From assembly GCA_013152795.1 (NCBI GenBank), contig JAADFS010000028.1:1-62543 (forward strand): a stretch of 62,543 nucleotides of DNA, in the 5' to 3' direction. Below, one piece after another: positions 61,104-62,543 of the stretch. The notes beneath the pieces were generated by a model. The model worked only from the letters and a program-made list of their open reading frames with translations, searched no databases and was not told the DNA's origin. Numbering within the stretch: position 1 is the first letter of the stretch; every line of letters starts with the position of its first letter. The DNA is from Deferribacteres bacterium (lineage in GTDB: Bacteria > Nitrospirota > Thermodesulfovibrionia > UBA6902). A program made the position numbers and the translations under genes.

Positions 61104-62098
61104 GAGATATTGACAGGGATATCATACTTGATGCTCATCCAGGGAGAGAGACAGACTTCATCCTGGGTGCAAAGACATATCTCGATCGTGGAATTGTTTT
61201 GCAAGGCACTACTTCGCGACAATTTTCACGGTATGCTGTCCTTGCCGGGTCGCAACTGAAAAATTCAGATGCCGATATTATTATAGCGGGCAAGAACTTC
61301 TTTGAGCGTGATTATATTCTTTACACGAAATCACAGAACGAGATAGATATCGTTCTGAACGCGGACGATCCTCCTGAAATCTACGTGCGCTATTCCTTTA
61401 GGGAAGATGAAATGGAGGATTTTCTCCTCTCTCCTGCCGGACGTCCGACCAATGAGATCACGATTAATTATGCTTACGATTTCGTCTCCGGCAAGGCGAG
61501 GCAATCTATCACAAAGCATAATCCTGTATCAAAGATATTGTATGGCCAGAACAGAAAGACCCTCAATCTCAGGATGATTCACGGTACCAGGCAGGCTGAG
61601 AAAATCGCAGATGCAATATTGAAGACATCTTCCATTCCCCCTGTGAAGGTATCTTTCATTCATGATCTGAGGAGTTTCCATCTTGAGGTGGGAGATCTCG
61701 TCACAATTACCCATCGCGCTGGCATGGGTGACGATGGATACAAGTCCGTGATCGCGATGATAACTAAAAAGCGGTTCAGCGGGACAGGTATCAGTTATGA
61801 GGCAATCATTAAGCCACAGGGACTTTTCTACAAGTCCGAACTCATGACATTATCTCACGTCTCAGAGGCTGGCAGGGAGGGAGTCACGGTCACATATGAG
61901 CACGGTGTTGCCACGATCACAATCTATGCGGATGTTCAGGGCTACCCTCCTGTTGAGGGTGCCGAAATCACGATATCAGGGGTTACGAAGATTTCGGACA
62001 AAAACGGTCAGGTCCGCTTCAAACTTGAGCCCGGAACTTATACCGCGTCAATCAAGGCCTCAGGCTATGATGACAGCGAGGTAACATTTACGGTATGA
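61094..62098 (+). CDS. paralogous tail protein with the same 14-residue repeat and a C-terminal Ig/carboxypeptidase-regulatory-like domain
   Basis: DRDIILDAHPGRETDFILGAKTYL.. parallels the upstream gene. C-terminus GAEITISGVTKISDKNGQVRFKLEPGTYTASIKASGY. GTG 61094 or GTG 61055 are possible starts. Confidence 0.5.
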   Translation: MAVRDIDRDIILDAHPGRETDFILGAKTYLDRGIVLQGTTSRQFSRYAVLAGSQLKNSDADIIIAGKNFFERDYILYTKSQNEIDIVLNADDPPEIYVRYSFREDEMEDFLLSPAGRPTNEITINYAYDFVSGKARQSITKHNPVSKILYGQNRKTLNLRMIHGTRQAEKIADAILKTSSIPPVKVSFIHDLRSFHLEVGDLVTITHRAGMGDDGYKSVIAMITKKRFSGTGISYEAIIKPQGLFYKSELMTLSHVSEAGREGVTVTYEHGVATITIYADVQGYPPVEGAEITISGVTKISDKNGQVRFKLEPGTYTASIKASGYDDSEVTFTV

Positions 62099-62543
62099 AA
62101 TCTTTGAGATTCGGACTGAAGGCCCTTGAAGAAAAGGCAAAGATAGAGGTTAGACTTAAAAGCAGGTTTGCCCTTGTCCCATCTGAAAAAGAGATCGATA
62201 CGACCGAAAGAGTAAAAAAATCTTATGAATACATCTATATGGGTACAAATTCTGCGCCAGCATATATCATTAAATTCAGTATTGCTGATTTCAAGGAAAC
62301 AGGCACAATAACCACGTCATATAATTATCTCGACACGGTTCTCTATGACAGTAAAAATGGATATCTCTACTTTGCCACATGGCAAAGTCCCCCGGCAATT
62401 TTAAAAGTCAAGATTGCCGATTTTACTATAGTTGATGCAATAATTTTAGACGGATATCAATATATTACAGATGGTGTGATTGATGTTGATGCGGGTTTGG
62501 CGTATTTCGCTTCAGGATTCGATATTATCAAGTTTGATCTGGT
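62095..62543 (+). CDS. partial CDS (3' end outside window), repeat-containing tail-associated protein
   Basis: ATGA overlap with the upstream stop. Open to the window edge. Recurrent YLYFATW / LAYFASG blades suggest a beta-propeller-like repeat. Confidence 0.4.
   Translation, partial: MKSLRFGLKALEEKAKIEVRLKSRFALVPSEKEIDTTERVKKSYEYIYMGTNSAPAYIIKFSIADFKETGTITTSYNYLDTVLYDSKNGYLYFATWQSPPAILKVKIADFTIVDAIILDGYQYITDGVIDVDAGLAYFASGFDIIKFDL

Larger units (their letters stand above)
12480..62543. mobile_element. integrated temperate prophage (siphovirus-like), truncated by window edge
   Basis: tRNA fragment plus integrase at the left end. CI-type immunity region, replication, DNA-modification, packaging, head, lysis and tail modules follow in canonical order. 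No right att site is seen within the window. Confidence 0.85.

Noticed and set aside
12480-62543. A Mu-like transposable phage, suggested by the Mor-like, MuF-like and Mu I-like genes.
   Set aside because: - No DDE transposase or MuB-like ATPase is present.
- The element has a tRNA-associated tyrosine integrase and a primase-helicase plus iterons.
- Integration is therefore site-specific and replication is not transpositional.

Overview
The window holds about 12.5 kb of bacterial chromosome followed by at least 50 kb of an integrated temperate, siphovirus-like prophage that runs off the right edge.

**Chromosomal part**
- 1-5.7 kb is a visibly AT-rich accessory block. It carries a beta-class DNA amino-methyltransferase, an HNH-motif protein, and a tripartite toxin / XRE-antitoxin / SecB-like chaperone operon.
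- 5.8-12.4 kb is a GC-rich core block. It carries a SAM-methyltransferase, a DUF1232 + J-domain protein, a PAS histidine kinase, an outer-membrane beta-barrel protein, a flavodoxin-like reductase, mnmE and tRNA-His.
- A 47-nt 3' fragment of tRNA-Arg(TCT) at 12480-12526 abuts a tyrosine integrase gene. I read this as the prophage junction.

**Prophage gene order**
- Integrase, PH/SHOCT moron, CI/LexA-like repressor, then a divergent CII-like early operon.
- An accessory and DNA-modification block: 3D-domain protein, pilin-like protein, DUF1599-like, Gp37/Gp68, ASCH-like, and a long C5-methyltransferase.
- Primase-helicase, an iteron-rich AT-rich origin-like region, a Xer-like recombinase, a Mor-like activator and a dUTPase.
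- An RHH/DUF4258/DUF2283 module.
- Packaging and head genes: terminase, portal-MuF fusion, head genes.
- A lysis cassette.
- Tail genes: tube, frameshifted chaperones, tape measure and distal tail proteins.

**Stand-out locus (17.5-20.1 kb)**
- A structured 5' leader, which has a second covarying copy 870 bp upstream.
- A catalytic-domain-only tyrosine recombinase.
- One nucleotide later, a 507-aa TnpB/Cas12-like RuvC nuclease with an N-terminal SSB/OB-like extension.
- A four-spacer CRISPR array of 36-nt repeats.
- No adaptation genes anywhere in the window.
- I do not recognise this gene combination and rank it as the most likely novel system.

**Limits**
All functional calls come from motif recognition by eye. 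No database search, alignment or folding computation was run.
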